Assembly (NCBI RefSeq): GCF_009914755.1
Contig: NC_060930.1
DNA: 64,000 bases
Source: the human T2T-CHM13v2.0 reference genome, Homo sapiens
Reading direction: 5' to 3' (one strand)
Shown: piece after piece, positions 1-16,512 of the stretch
How positions within the stretch are numbered: the first letter of the stretch is position 1
Layout: each line of letters begins with the position of its first letter
The notes under the pieces: model-generated
Seen by the model: the letters and a program-made list of their open reading frames with translations, nothing else
The model's database searches: none
What the model was told of the DNA's origin: nothing
Position numbers and translations under genes: made by a program

Positions 1-1030
1 CAGTCCTCCCTAAATACGTATGCAACTGTAGTATTCCAACAAAAATATCAACAAATATTGTTCTGGAATTAGATAAACTGATTATAAAATTCATGTGGGG
101 AAATAAGAATAGCCAGGAAACCCATGAAAAAGAAAAATGGTGAGGGTCAACCTTATCAGATACTGGAACATACCCATATAATTTTAGTGTATTAACAGAG
201 AGAAAGAATAGACCAGAAATGGATCCAGGTATGTAAGGATATTGAGTAAATGATGAAGGTGACACCACATATCAACAGGGAAATGAAGAACTTAGAAGTT
301 GTGCTGGGATGATAACCGTTTGGCAAAGGTAAAACTGGATTTGTATTTCCCACCACACATCACAATAGAGATAAATTCTAAATGGATCTGAGATCTAAAT
401 ATAAAAAATCCACCTATACATGTATTAGAAGAAAACATGAATAATAATTCTAACACGTGGGAATAGGGAAACATTATCTAACCATATGACTCAAAATCTA
501 AAACCCATAAAAATAATAAATCTGGCTACATGAAAATAAAATGTATTGCTTGTCAAAAAAAAAATAAGGAAAGAAAAAGGCTTGCAACATATCACAGGCA
601 AGGGCTAGTTTTCCAAATATCTAAAGAGCTCCTAAAAGTTGAGAATAACCAATAACCCAATAGAGAAAATGGCCAAAAGAAATAAATAGTTGACAGAATA
701 AGAAATGCTAGCAGCCCTCAAACATCTGTAAATATGTTCAACTTCACTCAAAATATGAACATACAAATTAAAAACTATGCTGACTGAGGCACCGTTAGTC
801 ATCAGATTGGCAATGGTACAAAAGTTTGACAGCATGCTCTACTCATGAGGAAGGAGAAACTCTTAACATTCTAGTGGGAATGCAAAATGGTACAACCCAT
901 AGGTATGAAAGATAATACTATACAGCAAAATTATATATGTAAGTTTACCCTTTGTTCCTGCAATACCACTTCTAGAAATCCATCTCAAAGATACTTTGAC
1001 AAAAATATGAAGTGACACACACACAAGATT
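1..1030 (+). mobile_element. Old, degraded L1 (L1M-type) ORF2 3'-end/3'UTR fragment
   Basis: A-rich sequence with L1-like phrases (AAAATGGCCAAAAG, GTGGGAATGCAAAATGGTACAACC, CTGCAATACCACTTCTAG); no intact ORF. Confidence 0.6.
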
Positions 1031-2414
1031 AAATGAGATCAGGAGAGGCCTGATTTTTAAAATGCCAAATATGAGGGGATGAAATTGAGAAATTCTCAGG
1101 AGGAAAAATGGATCAGGGCTTCATCATTGATTATGTGGGGGATAAGAGAACCAAAAAAAAAAAAAAAAAAGCCTGGTATCGTCAGAGGATGGTGGTCCCT
1201 CCACCAAGACAGGGGGCACTAAATGACAAGTAGCATTTTGAGAAGAAATTTATGAGCACAGCTTGGCCATGTTAAGTTCGAAATCCTAGGAAGCATTACA
1301 CTGTAGATGTTGCTATTTGTTAATGGATTGGTTTAGGGATTTGTGGGTCTAGGAGTCATGAGAAGAGAGTTAGCTTGAGATCCATATTTTGGAGCCTTCC
1401 ACCTTTCAGTAATGGTTAAAATGATTAAGATATCTCATGAAGTGTGTGGTGCTAAAAAACAGCCTAGGACAGATTTCTGGAGTGCCCTTTGCCCCCTACT
1501 GCCAGCCCTATAGATTCTTCTTTCAGGGCGTCTGCGGAGAAGGGAGAGAGAGATCCCTCCTCACACCGTGCCAGGGCTCAAATCTCACCTGAAGCCGTAG
1601 AACATCTCAGAAAACAACAGACAGAGAAATTATTGGACAACAACTTGAATTCAACCTGGAAGTGTCCCTCAAGCTCACTTTGGGGTCCTTTTCCAGGCAT
1701 CTTGAAGGATTTTTGCAATGCAGTTGTTTTCCAAGTTCCACTTGGCATGACTTACTATAAGAAGCTGATATGAAAGTCTCACTTAAAAAGTCAGCTTGCA
1801 CCAAGGATGATTGACTTGGCATAGTTCCCAGGGACCTAGGTGAAACAGTCAACTTTTTGTCACAGATGCAATGTAGCCAGAAGAAAAGAGCATCTAAGCA
1901 CAAAGAGAGCTTAAGACAGAACTCTGAGTAAAACCAATCTCCGTCTTTTGACACTAGAGAAACACAAGGATATAGAGACAAAGAGCAGACAAAATGGATC
2001 TCCAGAATACCTTTATTTTAAACAATTTTTGTCTAACATTATTACTAACACTTTTTGGCCATTTTACTAACCAAATAACTCTAACATTTAAAAAGGAGAA
2101 AGCTTCCTGTGATATATTGATAAGCCTTCTAACTGCACTTAAAAGGGAAAAAAAGCAGATGTTGAGATCTAGGACTCAAAGACTAAGAGAAAAGGTAAAA
2201 CTGTAATATTGGAAGCTCACTTTGTTACTTTGTGAAAATGAAAGCATGTATAAACTTGATTAGCTCATAATTGTGCCAGGTTTATTTAGTGAGGTTGAAA
2301 GGGGATGGAGACAATTGAGAAAAAAGTTATTTGGGAAAAGATTTCAAAAAAAGGCTTATTTTTCCTTCAGACTTTAAATCTGAGGTGGATAAAGGTATTG
2401 TGGAAAATTAAAGA

Positions 2415-2995
2415 TGACTACAAATTATTTGGCATTTCTCATCAAGATGTGGGGTCTATGTCACTTTCCCTTGAATCTGAGTGGGGTTAATCATTAATTT
2501 GACCAATAAAATACTGCAAAAGTGATGCTGTGGTTTCTGGCCTGAGCCTTTGGAGAGCAGCAGCTTTCACTTTTTGTCTTTTAGAACAATTGCTCTTGAA
2601 GTCCTGAGCCACCATGGAAGAAGTCTGCCAACCCTGCTTTCCAGTGACTGAGTTGCAAGAATCCTTCAAGATGCCAAAAAGATGACCCCAAAGTGAGCTT
2701 TGTGTGTCTCCGAGACCACATAAAGAAGCTCTGAGACCACATGGAGAAGATCAGCCCGGCTAAGCCCACTTTTCTGGCTGTCCCTGCCAAGGCACTTGGC
2801 ATGGCAGTGAAGCTGTCTTGGATTTTCCAGACAAATTATACTGCCAGATGAATACCAGCATGTGATCTTAGTTGACACCACATGAAACAGAAGAATTTCT
2901 CAGCTAAGTCCTCCCCAAATTCCTGGCCCAAAACATGATGGTGTGTTTTTGTCCACTGTTTTGGAGTAACTATTTATGCAGCAATAGATAACAAG
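2415..2995 (+). mobile_element. MaLR MLT1-type solo LTR carrying a ~70-bp foreign insert at ~2639-2711
   Basis: MLT1 motifs GATGTGGGGTCTATG..CCCTTGAATCTG, GAGACCACATGGAGA and the 3' end TTATGCAGCAATAGATAAC. Confidence 0.7.
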
Positions 2996-3240
2996 ATCAG
3001 ATGTTTACCAGATTGTAACAGTTTGATTAGACTATTTCCTAAGAATATTAACTTTCCTTCGTTTCAATGACATAGTCAACCTGCAATTTTCAATTTGTAG
3101 TTGATATTTAAATTTCCAGTTAGGAAAAAGCTTGATGTTGAGGACTTGCACTAAATTTTAGGCCAGGTATAGCTCCAATTTTTATGGAAATTATTATGTA
3201 TACAGTATAAGGTAATTTTTTATAGGCTATAGTTAACAAT

Positions 3241-4537
3241 TTCTTTTTTATCTTTTTTTATTATTTATTTATTTTTTATTATACTTTAAGTTCTAGGGTA
3301 CATGTGCACAACGTGCAGGTTTGTTACATATGTATACATGTGCCATGTTGGTTTGCTGCACCCACTAATTCATCATTTACATTAGGTATTTCTCCTAATG
3401 CTTTCCCCTATCCCCCCACCCCACGACAGGCCCCGGTGTGTGATGTACCCCGCCCTGTGTCCAAGTGTTCTCATTGTTCAGTTCCCACCTATGAGTGAGA
3501 ACATGTGGTGTTTGATTTTCTGTCCTTGCCATAGTTTGCTCAGAATGATGGTTTCCTGCTTCATCCATGTCACTACAAAGGACATGAACTCATCCTTTTT
3601 TATGGCTGCATAGTATTCCATGGTATATATGTGCCACATTTTCTTTATCTAGTCTATCACTGATGGACATTTGGGTTGGTTCCAAGTCTTTGCTATTGTG
3701 AATAGTGCTACAATAAACATACGTGTGCATGTGTCTTTATAGTAGCAAGATTTATAATCCTTTGGGTATATACCCAGTAATGGGATCACTGGGTCAAATG
3801 GTATTTGTAGTTCTAGATCCTTGAGGAATCGCCACACTGTCTTCCACAATGGTTGAACTAGTTTACACTCTCACCAACAGTGTAAAAGTGTTCCTATTTC
3901 TCCACATCCTCTCCAGCACCTGTTGTTTCCTGACATTTTAATGATTGCCATTCTAATTGGTGTGAGATGGCATCTCATGGTGGTTTTGATTTGCATTTCT
4001 CTGATGACCAGTGATGATGAGCATTTTTTCATTTGTCTGTTGTCTGCATAAATGTCTTCTTTTGAAAAATGTCTGTTCCTATCCTTTGCCCACTTTTTGA
4101 TGGGGTCGTTTGATTTTTTCTTGTAAATTTGTTTAAGTTCTTTGTAGATTCTGGATATTAGTCCTTTGTCTGATGGGTAGATTGCAAAATTTTTCTCCCA
4201 TTCTGTAGGTTGCCTGTTCACTCTGATGGTAGTTTCTTTTGCTGTGCAGAAGCTCTTTAGTTTAATTAGATCCCCTTCATCTGTTTTGGCTTTTGTTGCC
4301 ATTGCTTTTGGTGTTTTAGTCATGAAGTCCTTGCCCATACCTATGTCCTGAATGGTATTGCCTAGGTTTTCTTCTAGGGTTTTTATAGTTTTAGGTCTAA
4401 CATTTAAGTGTTTAATCCATCTTGAATTAATTTTTGTATAAGGTGTAAGGAAGGGATCCAGTTTCAGCTTTCTACATATGGCTAGCCAGTTTTCCCAGCA
4501 CCATTTATTAAATAGGGAATCCTTTCCCCATTTCTTG
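3241..4537 (-). mobile_element. 5'-truncated L1PA element (3' ~1.3 kb)
   Basis: ORF 3871-4569 encodes the L1 ORF2 C-terminus ([36 protein letters not shown]...[15 protein letters not shown]); T-rich tail at 3241-3285; CAATTTCTT on both flanks (probable TSD). Confidence 0.95.
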
Positions 4538-4785
4538 TTACTAACCAATTTCTTAATCACATTAGACACTAAACCAAATCAGGGTTAGACCTGAAACCTT
4601 TTTAAAAAATCAAACTGTGGGATCCTGTGGTAACTATACTAAAACAGTTGTTGTCAAATCACATTTTTGTATTTTAAATCCATATTTCTCACCTGGAAAA
4701 ATGTTAGTATTTAAACTCAATATATAAACATTTAACATATTGCCAAATTTTAAATTCTCATATTTATTAAAAAATACTAATTTCT

Positions 4786-5118
<333 letters not shown>

Positions 5119-6064
5119 TCATCATTAGTGATAATAAAGGAAGTATTTCATTTACAGATTTGAAAACAGAAGCCAAAAGCAAAACAAAGTTTTGTGATGT
5201 GAATTCTGTGAGCTTCAGAAAGTATATAGTTGAGAAAACAGGTACTTCAGAGAAAGCATATAGTTAAGAACACAGGTAAATATGTCAATAAAGGAAGAAC
5301 TTTCAGGGTTCACATGGATATAATAGAATGTTTTGTTTCCTATCTACAGCTCTAATGGGAGAGTCCATAACTAGCTGTTTAAAAAAAAATCAAATTGTAT
5401 CTAATTGATGAACCATTGATACCATTTGTTTTTTGCTGGTCATCTCTCATCTACCTTTAAGAAATGTGCGACAGATTGAGAAGAAGTCTGAAAACTATTT
5501 CAATAGGTCCATGCTGGTAAGCAGATACTGAGCCATATAACTGGGCATAAATTGAATAAAACCTTGTTTTAAAAAGTGAGTGAGTAAAAAAGTAAAAAGT
5601 GAGTAAAAATTTAAGCTGCCCTTCATCCCAAGGAGACAAAAGTAGAAACTGAGAATAGTAACATAATCATATATTGAAGATTGTGACTTAAGTTCTAATT
5701 GAACATAGCAAATATTCAATAGGCAGTGTTAAGAGTAAATAAACAAAATTAACAACAACAAGTAATAGAACTAAATTGCTTAGTGATATGGAGGTGACCA
5801 TTAGGAGAACCAGAGATAGAAAAGGTACCCCTCAGGACTACCAGGGAGTGTGTCAAATGATAAAGTAGGTCTGCTGCTTTTCATCATAAAACCTGGTTTG
5901 CTGTTTGATTTTTTTAAATATTATAAACCTTTCAGTGCAAAGTGGTCGATAAAAATTATAAGCCTATCTAACTTTGATTAAAGAAAAAGACAACAGCATG
6001 TTGGCAGTTTTCATGTTTTAAAAAAAAAGAGAGAAGAAAAAGACAACAGCAAAAGAAAAATTAA

Positions 6065-6215
6065 AGGGCAGTGGTGCATGCCTGTAATCCCAGCACTTTG
6101 GGAGGCCGAGGTGATAAGATCACTTGAGGCCAGGAAGTTGAGGCTTGCAGTAAGCCATGACTGCACCACTGCACTGCAGCCTGGGTGACAGAATGAGACT
6201 CCATCCCCGAAAAAG
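6065..6215 (+). mobile_element. Alu monomer/AluJ fragment
   Basis: GTGGTGCATGCCTGTAATCCCAGCACTTTGGGAGG...CTGGGTGACAGAATGAGACTCC. Confidence 0.85.
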
Positions 6216-6814
6216 GAAAATTAACATTTTGAGTATTTGTCAAAATGCGGATGCTACTGCCCAAGGCGAACAATACCCAAGGTGAACAATATGAACATAT
6301 TAACAAAATAGTAAAATGTACCTATCCTAGAAGCATCATCTAGGCAGTTCTGTTGTTTAATACAAATGGTTTCTTTGGGAGGGCTAGATTGTCCTCTGAG
6401 TTACAGGTCCTTAGGTTTTGAAATTCACAGATCACTAAGATATCATGGCCCATCTACAATATCTGCTGCGTGTGTGTGTATGTGTAACATAGACTTTGAT
6501 CTTTTGATAAAACTGATATTTTTGTATGACCTCTTAGAGACCCTGTAGGAAATTACTCCCACATTGAAGACTGTTGAGTTCCGTCTAGGATTGAATCAAA
6601 GCATTAAGAATATGAGTATGAATAAAGGAAAAGAGGAAGGCTGCAATCTATATCTTCCACAAACACTAAAAGAAACACTGTTGGGAGCTGCAACAGTAGG
6701 TAATTTTGATAGCACGAGGAGAGAGTCAGTGTGACACAGAAGCAGAGCATCAATTTAAGAGAAAGAGTCTGAATCTAAGAGATTTTGATATAGGTCTGAA
6801 CCTCACTTCTGGCA

Positions 6815-7210
6815 CTTAATAACCGAGTGACTGTTTTATAAAATTTAAAGATTGGTTGATGAAGGGACACAACATACTGATGATGAAAAGCAGAACTTTG
6901 TTACTTACAACTCCAAAAGAGAGAAGCTGCCATGCAGGGCTACACAGAGTTGGACCCAGGGACAGAGTAACGGCAAGCTGGAGTTGCAGAAGGCAGTGTA
7001 TATATGGCAAGGAGGTGGAGTTAGCTCGGTTTCAGGGGCTCCATGTGGACTGGTTAATTTCATAGCCTCTGGGTCATAGGGGCTGTCCCTAGTTGTCTAG
7101 TACCTGTCCTCAGAGAATGAGGCCCTAATAAGGGAGGCAGCTGTGGTGTGTGCACAGTGGCTTCAGAGAGTGGAGGACCAATAAGTAAAGAGACTGGGAT
7201 AGGGGTTAGC
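6815..7210. mobile_element. Probable ERVL-class LTR fragment (MER76/MER77-like)
   Basis: Motifs such as GGGGCTGTCCCTAGTTGTCTAGTACCTG typical of this LTR group; family not verified. Confidence 0.4.
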
Positions 7211-7544
7211 AAACTATCTGCAAAGGGGAATTGAAGATTTGTTAGCCATAACTTACAAACTGGGTCAAGACAGCATTTGTGAAATATGTCACAGTGACCT
7301 TGAGCACACGACCACTCCATTGAGCTTCAGTTGCCTCACCTCTAAAAAATTTCCATGTGTGAAGTATCTTCTACTACTAGTACCTAGTTATAATACATTC
7401 ACAATAAATGGAATTTACAATAATATAGACAACTTGCTTTGATGTCTGACACCAGTTTATTCCATTTCTTTGTCAATAATCTGGGAGATAAATAAGGTAT
7501 TTACAGTAAAGGCAGATTTCCCACTTTAAAAACAATCATAAAAT

Positions 7545-9021
7545 CTGTCCTGATGTTTAATCAATATTGTTTACTATGCTGTTTTATGATAGTCTCAAAT
7601 TAAAAGATAGTTTACTAAACTTACTACATAGTTTACACTGAAAAGGGTTTTCCTCCAGTTTGTACTCAGAGATGGTAAAACAGGCCTGTGTTCTGAAATG
7701 TTCGCCACACTCATTGCAATAACAGTGCTCCTCTCCAGCATGGAAAAACTGGTGCTGGTTAAGGGCTAACAACTGGCAGGATGCTTTCTGACATTCATTA
7801 CATTTGTAGGGCCTCTCTCCAGTGTGTTTTTTTAAAAAAATGTCTAATACAGCTACCATTTGCACTTAAAGTCTTTTTACATTCTTCATGTAAAATGAAG
7901 ATTGTAGGATTGGTCTCCTGCATAAGTTTTCTAAAGTTCAGTAAACCCTGGGCTTAAGTGCTTCCCACAGTCAGTACCTTCGAGGTATTTCTCCCTTGAA
8001 GAGTGTATGTTCTGATGTTTCACAAGACTTTTACTGAGTCACTAGTCTCAATCTCATTATGCTCACAGAGCTTGTTTTTCAGAAAATCATTTCCAGGAAG
8101 GCCTCCATTGTGACTCTCACTTTCCTACTGGGTATCTTCTTTCTCCTCTGAGTGAGCATTCTTAGTACAGATGTTGGGTTGCCCATGCCGGTCCTATTCG
8201 CAGGAGAAATCCTGCAAATAGGACCTCATAATGGATCTTCGTAGTGGATCTCTGCTGCTGAGTGTGGCCTGCTCTCTAACTGAAGGCTAACACTGAATAC
8301 ATTTAAAGAATGTTTTCATCTAGTGGATCTCCTGAAGAGGGATAAGTTGTGTACAGAAGCTTTTCTGCCGTCATGGCACTTACAAGTTTTCTCTGCTATA
8401 TAAACTACCTGATGCTGAATCAAGGCAGACCGATGAATCAAGGTTTTACTACACTGATTCCAGCCAAAGCATTTCTCTTCCGAATGTTTTTCAAGATCAT
8501 CAAAAACTCTTGCATTCTGAGTAAAGCCTTTTCAACAAGTGTTTTTCACTTGTATTAAGTCTCCAATGTCGACTAAAAACTGATCTTTAACAGTTTTTCC
8601 ACACCCATCACATTACAGGGTTTTTCTTTCCACCTGGATTCCCACTTGACGAATAAGGCCATTTTTTGATCTAAGGGTCTTCCCACACTCTTCACATAAC
8701 AGTGGGTGGGCTCAGAGTTTGCTTTCTTTGCTGCTCAGCGAGGTCTGTATTTGGAGTAAAGGCTCCCCCATGTACCCCATGCTGCAAGACTTTCTGTGTT
8801 CAGATGAGCCTCTGATGCTGATTATGTACTAAATTCTGGATAACGTTCGTTTTGGAGTCATTGAGTTTGACTTGTTTCTTAATCGTGGAGTGTACCTAAC
8901 TGCTCCTTGAGATTCTGCAAAATTTTCCTTTGGGTCTGCCAGATAGTTCCCTATGTGGTTCCCTTTCTTCATGTTTCTTGCTTTGGACACATATTTCTGT
9001 ATTTGTTTCTAGAATCACCAT
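7545..9021 (-). pseudogene. Orphan, decayed ZSCAN-type C2H2 zinc-finger terminal exon (relic B)
   Basis: Acceptor GCTTCAG|ATGGTGAT at 9021 followed by (D)GDSRNKYRNMCPKQE, resembling the start of ZSCAN23's last exon; frameshifted fingers throughout (CEECGKTL ~8700; NQCSKTLIHRSALIQHQ ~8440; HTGERPYKCNECQKASCQLLALNQHQ...PFQCKLCSK in ORF 7584-7865); many stops. Confidence 0.85.
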
Positions 9022-9644
9022 CTGAAGCTACAAATAGACGAACTATCCAAGGAAGAACATAAATTCAATGAGTACAATTCAGATTTATGAGGCAAGTATT
9101 TTAGGATGAGGGTAACAGGGCTTCTGCATGTAGGAGAGGGAAGTAGTTAGCAAGAAGACTGATGAAGGTCACTGAAAAAATGCAAAGCACAATAGGAAGC
9201 CAATCAAGATGTGTAGAAGGGACAATATTTGAGAGTAAGGAGACATTGTCTGAAACTTTTGCAGTGGTAAAGTGATGCATATGGGTAAGTGTAGAAATAT
9301 GGACTAAGTGTATAAAATCTTTGGAAAAGTAGCCAGTGGTAAGGAGCAGGAAAGGACCGTTAAAGATGATGATTCTGAGGTTGATTTATACTCACTAATA
9401 ATGGACAACCATAAAAAGGGGATCACAGTAAATATGAGAGTATGTGACAGAGACACTCTAGAAATAAGCAAGTCAAGGTTTAGTGGAAGTCTTGCTCCAT
9501 TTGGGATACTTATTATCCTAAGTCAACAACTGATGGTGCCCTGGAGTCTCTTTTTATCTAAGACTTCTTAAATAGATCCTTCTCTGCTACTTAGTATAAG
9601 AAAGGAAGTTAAATATGTCCAATAAAAGTATACTGTGGTTTTGG

Positions 9645-9808
9645 CATTTATTTAAATGTATAAAAACATGTACACATTTATTTAAATGTATAAAAACATG
9701 TACACATTTATTTAAATGTATAAAAACATTGCTTCTCGGCCTTTTGGCTAAGATCAAGTGTAAATGTATAAAAACATTTACACATTTATTTAAATGTATA
9801 AAAAACAT
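9645..9808 (+). repeat. AT-rich minisatellite, 30-bp unit CATTTATTTAAATGTATAAAAACATGTACA, ~4 copies, interrupted by a U2 fragment
   Basis: Exact copies at 9645-9674 and 9675-9704; third copy split by the U2 insertion; fourth copy degenerate. Confidence 0.95.
9728..9762 (+). pseudogene. 3'-truncated (tailless) U2 snRNA retropseudogene, U2 nt 1-35
   Basis: ATTGCTTCTCGGCCTTTTGGCTAAGATCAAGTGTA matches the U2 5' end with one CpG>TpG change; flanked by direct repeat AAATGTATAAAAAC (9714-9727 and 9762-9775). Confidence 0.93.
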
Positions 9809-9824
9809 AAAGAATATGTAATTT

Positions 9825-9985
9825 GGCCAGGGGCAGTGGTTCATTCCTGTAATCCTAGCCCTTTGGGAGGCCATGGTGGGCAGATCGCTTGAACCCAGGA
9901 GTTCGAGACCAACCTGGGCAATATAGCGAGACCTCGTCTCTACAAAAAATACAAAAAAATTAGCCAGGCGTGGTGGCGCCTACCT

Positions 9986-9990
<5 letters not shown>
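9825..9990 (+). mobile_element. Alu left arm, truncated and fused to L1
   Basis: Alu 5' half through TACAAAAAATTAGCCAGGCGTGGTGGCGCCTACCTGTA, then an abrupt switch to L1. Confidence 0.85.
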
Positions 9991-11875
<1,885 letters not shown>

Positions 11876-11895
11876 AAGAGAGAAAAAAGTGTACA

Positions 11896-12640
<745 letters not shown>

Positions 12641-12894
12641 CAATAGAAACCCAATCAGGCTCAAAAATGAGAAGACTCACTAGCCATGGTTGATAAATAT
12701 GGAGACAGGGTTGCCAAGGAATATGCACCAGACTGGGGTCTCAATTATTTTGGCCTCATTTTGTCTCCAACTAAAAAATTGACCTCGAGCAAGTAACATA
12801 AACTCTGAGTCTATTTTGTAACCTATGAAACAAGAAATTAGGCCATTAGATTTTAATCCCATTCCCCCTTCCTTTTTACAGACCAGTAAAAGGA

Positions 12895-13205
12895 TTTTTT
12901 TTTTTCTTTTTTCTTTTTTCTTTTTTTTTTAAATAGGAACTTGCTCTGTCACCCAGGCTGGAGTGCAGTGGTGCGATCACAGCTTACTGCAGCCTCACCT
13001 TCTGGGCTCCAGCGATCCCACCTAAACCTGCAGAGTAGCTGGGACTATAGACATGCGCCACCATGACCAGCTAATTTTTAAATTTTCTTTAGAGACGAGG
13101 TCTTACTATGTTGCAACACTGGTCTAGAACTTCTAGACTCAAGTGATCCTTCTGTCTTGGCCTCCCAAAATGCCAGGATCACAGGTGTGAGCTACTGCAT
13201 TTGGC
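12895..13205 (-). mobile_element. AluJ element
   Basis: Poly(T) followed by a diverged reverse-strand Alu. Confidence 0.9.
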
Positions 13206-13992
13206 AAAAACCAGTTTTAGGAATTTGAATAAATTCCTAAAAATAAAGCAGAGCCTTTTCTCAGGTGAAGCAAAGGGGGCTGGATGCCAGAACCCTGCTT
13301 GACTGACCTGATCCTGCCCATGGCTGACTGCCAAGTAACATCTGAGGAGTCACCTAAGGTTCTGGAGAACAGTTTGAAAGCCAATGATTGTGCTGATTTT
13401 TAAAGGCCTTTTATAGGCCTTTAATATGCTTAAAGTGTCTGTAGGTTAAAAAATAAACTTGCTTATCATTGTCTGGGAACATTAAAAAAATAAATTTGTG
13501 AGGTTTAAAAACAGTATACAGTCAATTATTAAGCTCTTAATAGAGGCCTTTCCTGATTACGGTAGAGTAGCCTTTAACCACACTCCAGTCACCATGACAA
13601 CATCCTATTTTATTTTCTTTATAGCATTTATCAGTACCTAAAATTATCAATACTTCTGTGTTTGTCGGTTCTCTGTCCCTAGAATGTGTATTCCTTGAGG
13701 AAAGGGATTCCCTAATCTAAAAGGGATTAATAATGAGATGATGGCATCCAATATGTGCTCAATATATTTGTCACCTAAGGATTTCAGAAACATAAGTTTC
13801 CATGTGGATTTTTACACTTCACATGTTAAAACTTGGTCATCTTATGGGTGGTTTCTACTTTCTCTTGAAAATTAACCACAATTTACTAATTTTAATAAAC
13901 TAATTTTGGATGCAGCCCTGGAAAAGGGAATATGTTGTAGGCTCTCTGGATTCTGTTATGTTCTTCCAAAGTATTGAGTTTTGTATTTTTAA

Positions 13993-14355
<363 letters not shown>

Positions 14356-15789
14356 TAAGTTGACATTTTAGCCATAGCTGAACTACTTGAAATCTACTCT
14401 GTGATGCATGGTTCAGGAACCATGGGGAAATTTGGGTGGATTTTATATATAGAACTTGGGGCTGCCCTTATCTGTTTTTTGCCTTCCTAGGATTCCCACC
14501 CCACTCCCTTTACAGTTGCTGGGATCCCCTAAACTCTGTCCTTTGGTTCTTCAAACCAGTAAGACTGCGGATTTTCCAGTCCTTTTTCAGTCATCCCACA
14601 TGGCATAGACTGAGACCTACTCCTAGGCTAGGAGATATAACTACCAATGCACTGTCATGACAGATCGGATTAGTTAATATAATTGAAAGGACTTTCAAAG
14701 CAAATGTAATTATTAATATTGACTCTCATATACTATAACTTAGATTTCCTGAAATGCAGGCATGACACCATGTTTATCTTTGCAATCCTGTAGCAGCTTA
14801 CATTGTACTACACATAGGTGTTCAAATCATTTTCATTTAACTCAAATGAGTAGTACCTAATTAGGTGTGGAAGTAACAGGAAAAGTGGTAGTTTGGAGAA
14901 TTACTCTAGAAGGCAAAACGTTTTCATCAATTAACAAGAACTTTGAAATGCACAACTAATAAAACAACTTGGGAGATACAGAAATACTCAAATATGAATA
15001 GAAATTAGTCAATTTAATCATAAATCAATCACTTTATTCTAGTCAGTAACTGATTAAATAAAACAAAAGTTCAACTTCCTGTGCTACTTATCAGTGTTCA
15101 CTCAGTAGGTAAAATGTATACACTCTCATGATTCTGGGAGGAAAAATCCACTTTAAATGGCAAGAGAAACCAAATTATTTGGTGCCCCTCCTTCATGGCT
15201 TTGAAATACCCAATTCACATTGCTTTCAAAATTTAGCAAGATATTATTGCATTTTGCGTAGTATTGTGCATACAATAGGCACTCAACTTTTTTTACATGT
15301 CTTCAGTTGCTCACAGCCTATGTTCTAGGAATTTATAGACGCTGCTGAATTGTTTGATCTGGACTGCAGAACACTGACCTGGAATCCACTGAACTTAAAC
15401 CAGTTCTCTGGCTTATTACTTTCTAACATTAAATAAATCTTTACCTTTCTTAGCCTCTTTATCTGTAGAAAACAGACAATAACTAGTTCACAGAGTTGTA
15501 ATGATTAATAGAGAACATCTGAAAACATTTTATAAGCTTTAGAAAAAACGATAAAGATGTAAATTCCAAATTGTTCACAATAGGTTTTAGTGCTAGGCAC
15601 GTTTGTTATTGGGAACTAACTTGATAAACTTTTTCTCCCTGTGCCTCAAAAAAAGTTTCATGAAATAGAACAATTTATTTGTTCTTTAACCAACCTAAGA
15701 GGTTTTGTTCAATAGTTCACATACTTTTGGCAATTAAAAACAGTATATTTGTGAGGTTTTTCATGGGGAAATCTGGAAAATAGGGCTGA

Positions 15790-15915
15790 GCAGTGTTTTC
15801 CAAGGTTTAAGGTATATAACAATCAACTGGGGATCTTGTTAAAATGCAGATTCTGATTCAGTTGGTCTGGGGTGATGCCAAGGCTGCTGATCTTCTGACC
15901 ACTTTGAGTAAAAAG
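15790..15915. mobile_element. MER5A-type hAT MITE fragment
   Basis: GGGATCTTGTTAAAATGCAGATTCTGATTCAG..GGTCTGGGGTG. Confidence 0.7.
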
Positions 15916-16207
15916 AGTCTAAACCTATTGAAGAAAGATAGTAAACAATCATCTTGTTCATGCTTATGATTAAAGATAGCATCCAAGTAAGCTGTTTTCC
16001 TACGCAGATAACTAGTAGGTAGGCTAGGTAATTTTTAAAAACTCTACGTTCAGTTGTGAATTCATGACACTTGGAACAATTGCTGAAAATGTAACAATTT
16101 TTCTAAGAGTTGGAGGCTAAAAGCTTAAGAAGGAAGCACTTCTGAGGGCTTGTAAGAGATAATTTTCTTCCCTGTGCAACTCCTGAAAGGGAAAACAATT
16201 GCTTTAA

Positions 16208-16512
<305 letters not shown>

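Noticed and set aside
1607-1981. 124-aa minus-strand ORF with a plausible acceptor near 1955
   Set aside because: No recognisable domain, non-ATG start and no partner exons; cannot be supported as coding.
3871-4569. 232-aa ORF as a gene
   Set aside because: It is the ORF2 C-terminus of a 5'-truncated L1, lacking the endonuclease and RT domains.
9645-9808. CRISPR-like repeat/spacer appearance
   Set aside because: Eukaryotic DNA with head-to-tail units; the single 'spacer' is a U2 retrocopy with a TSD; no cas genes.
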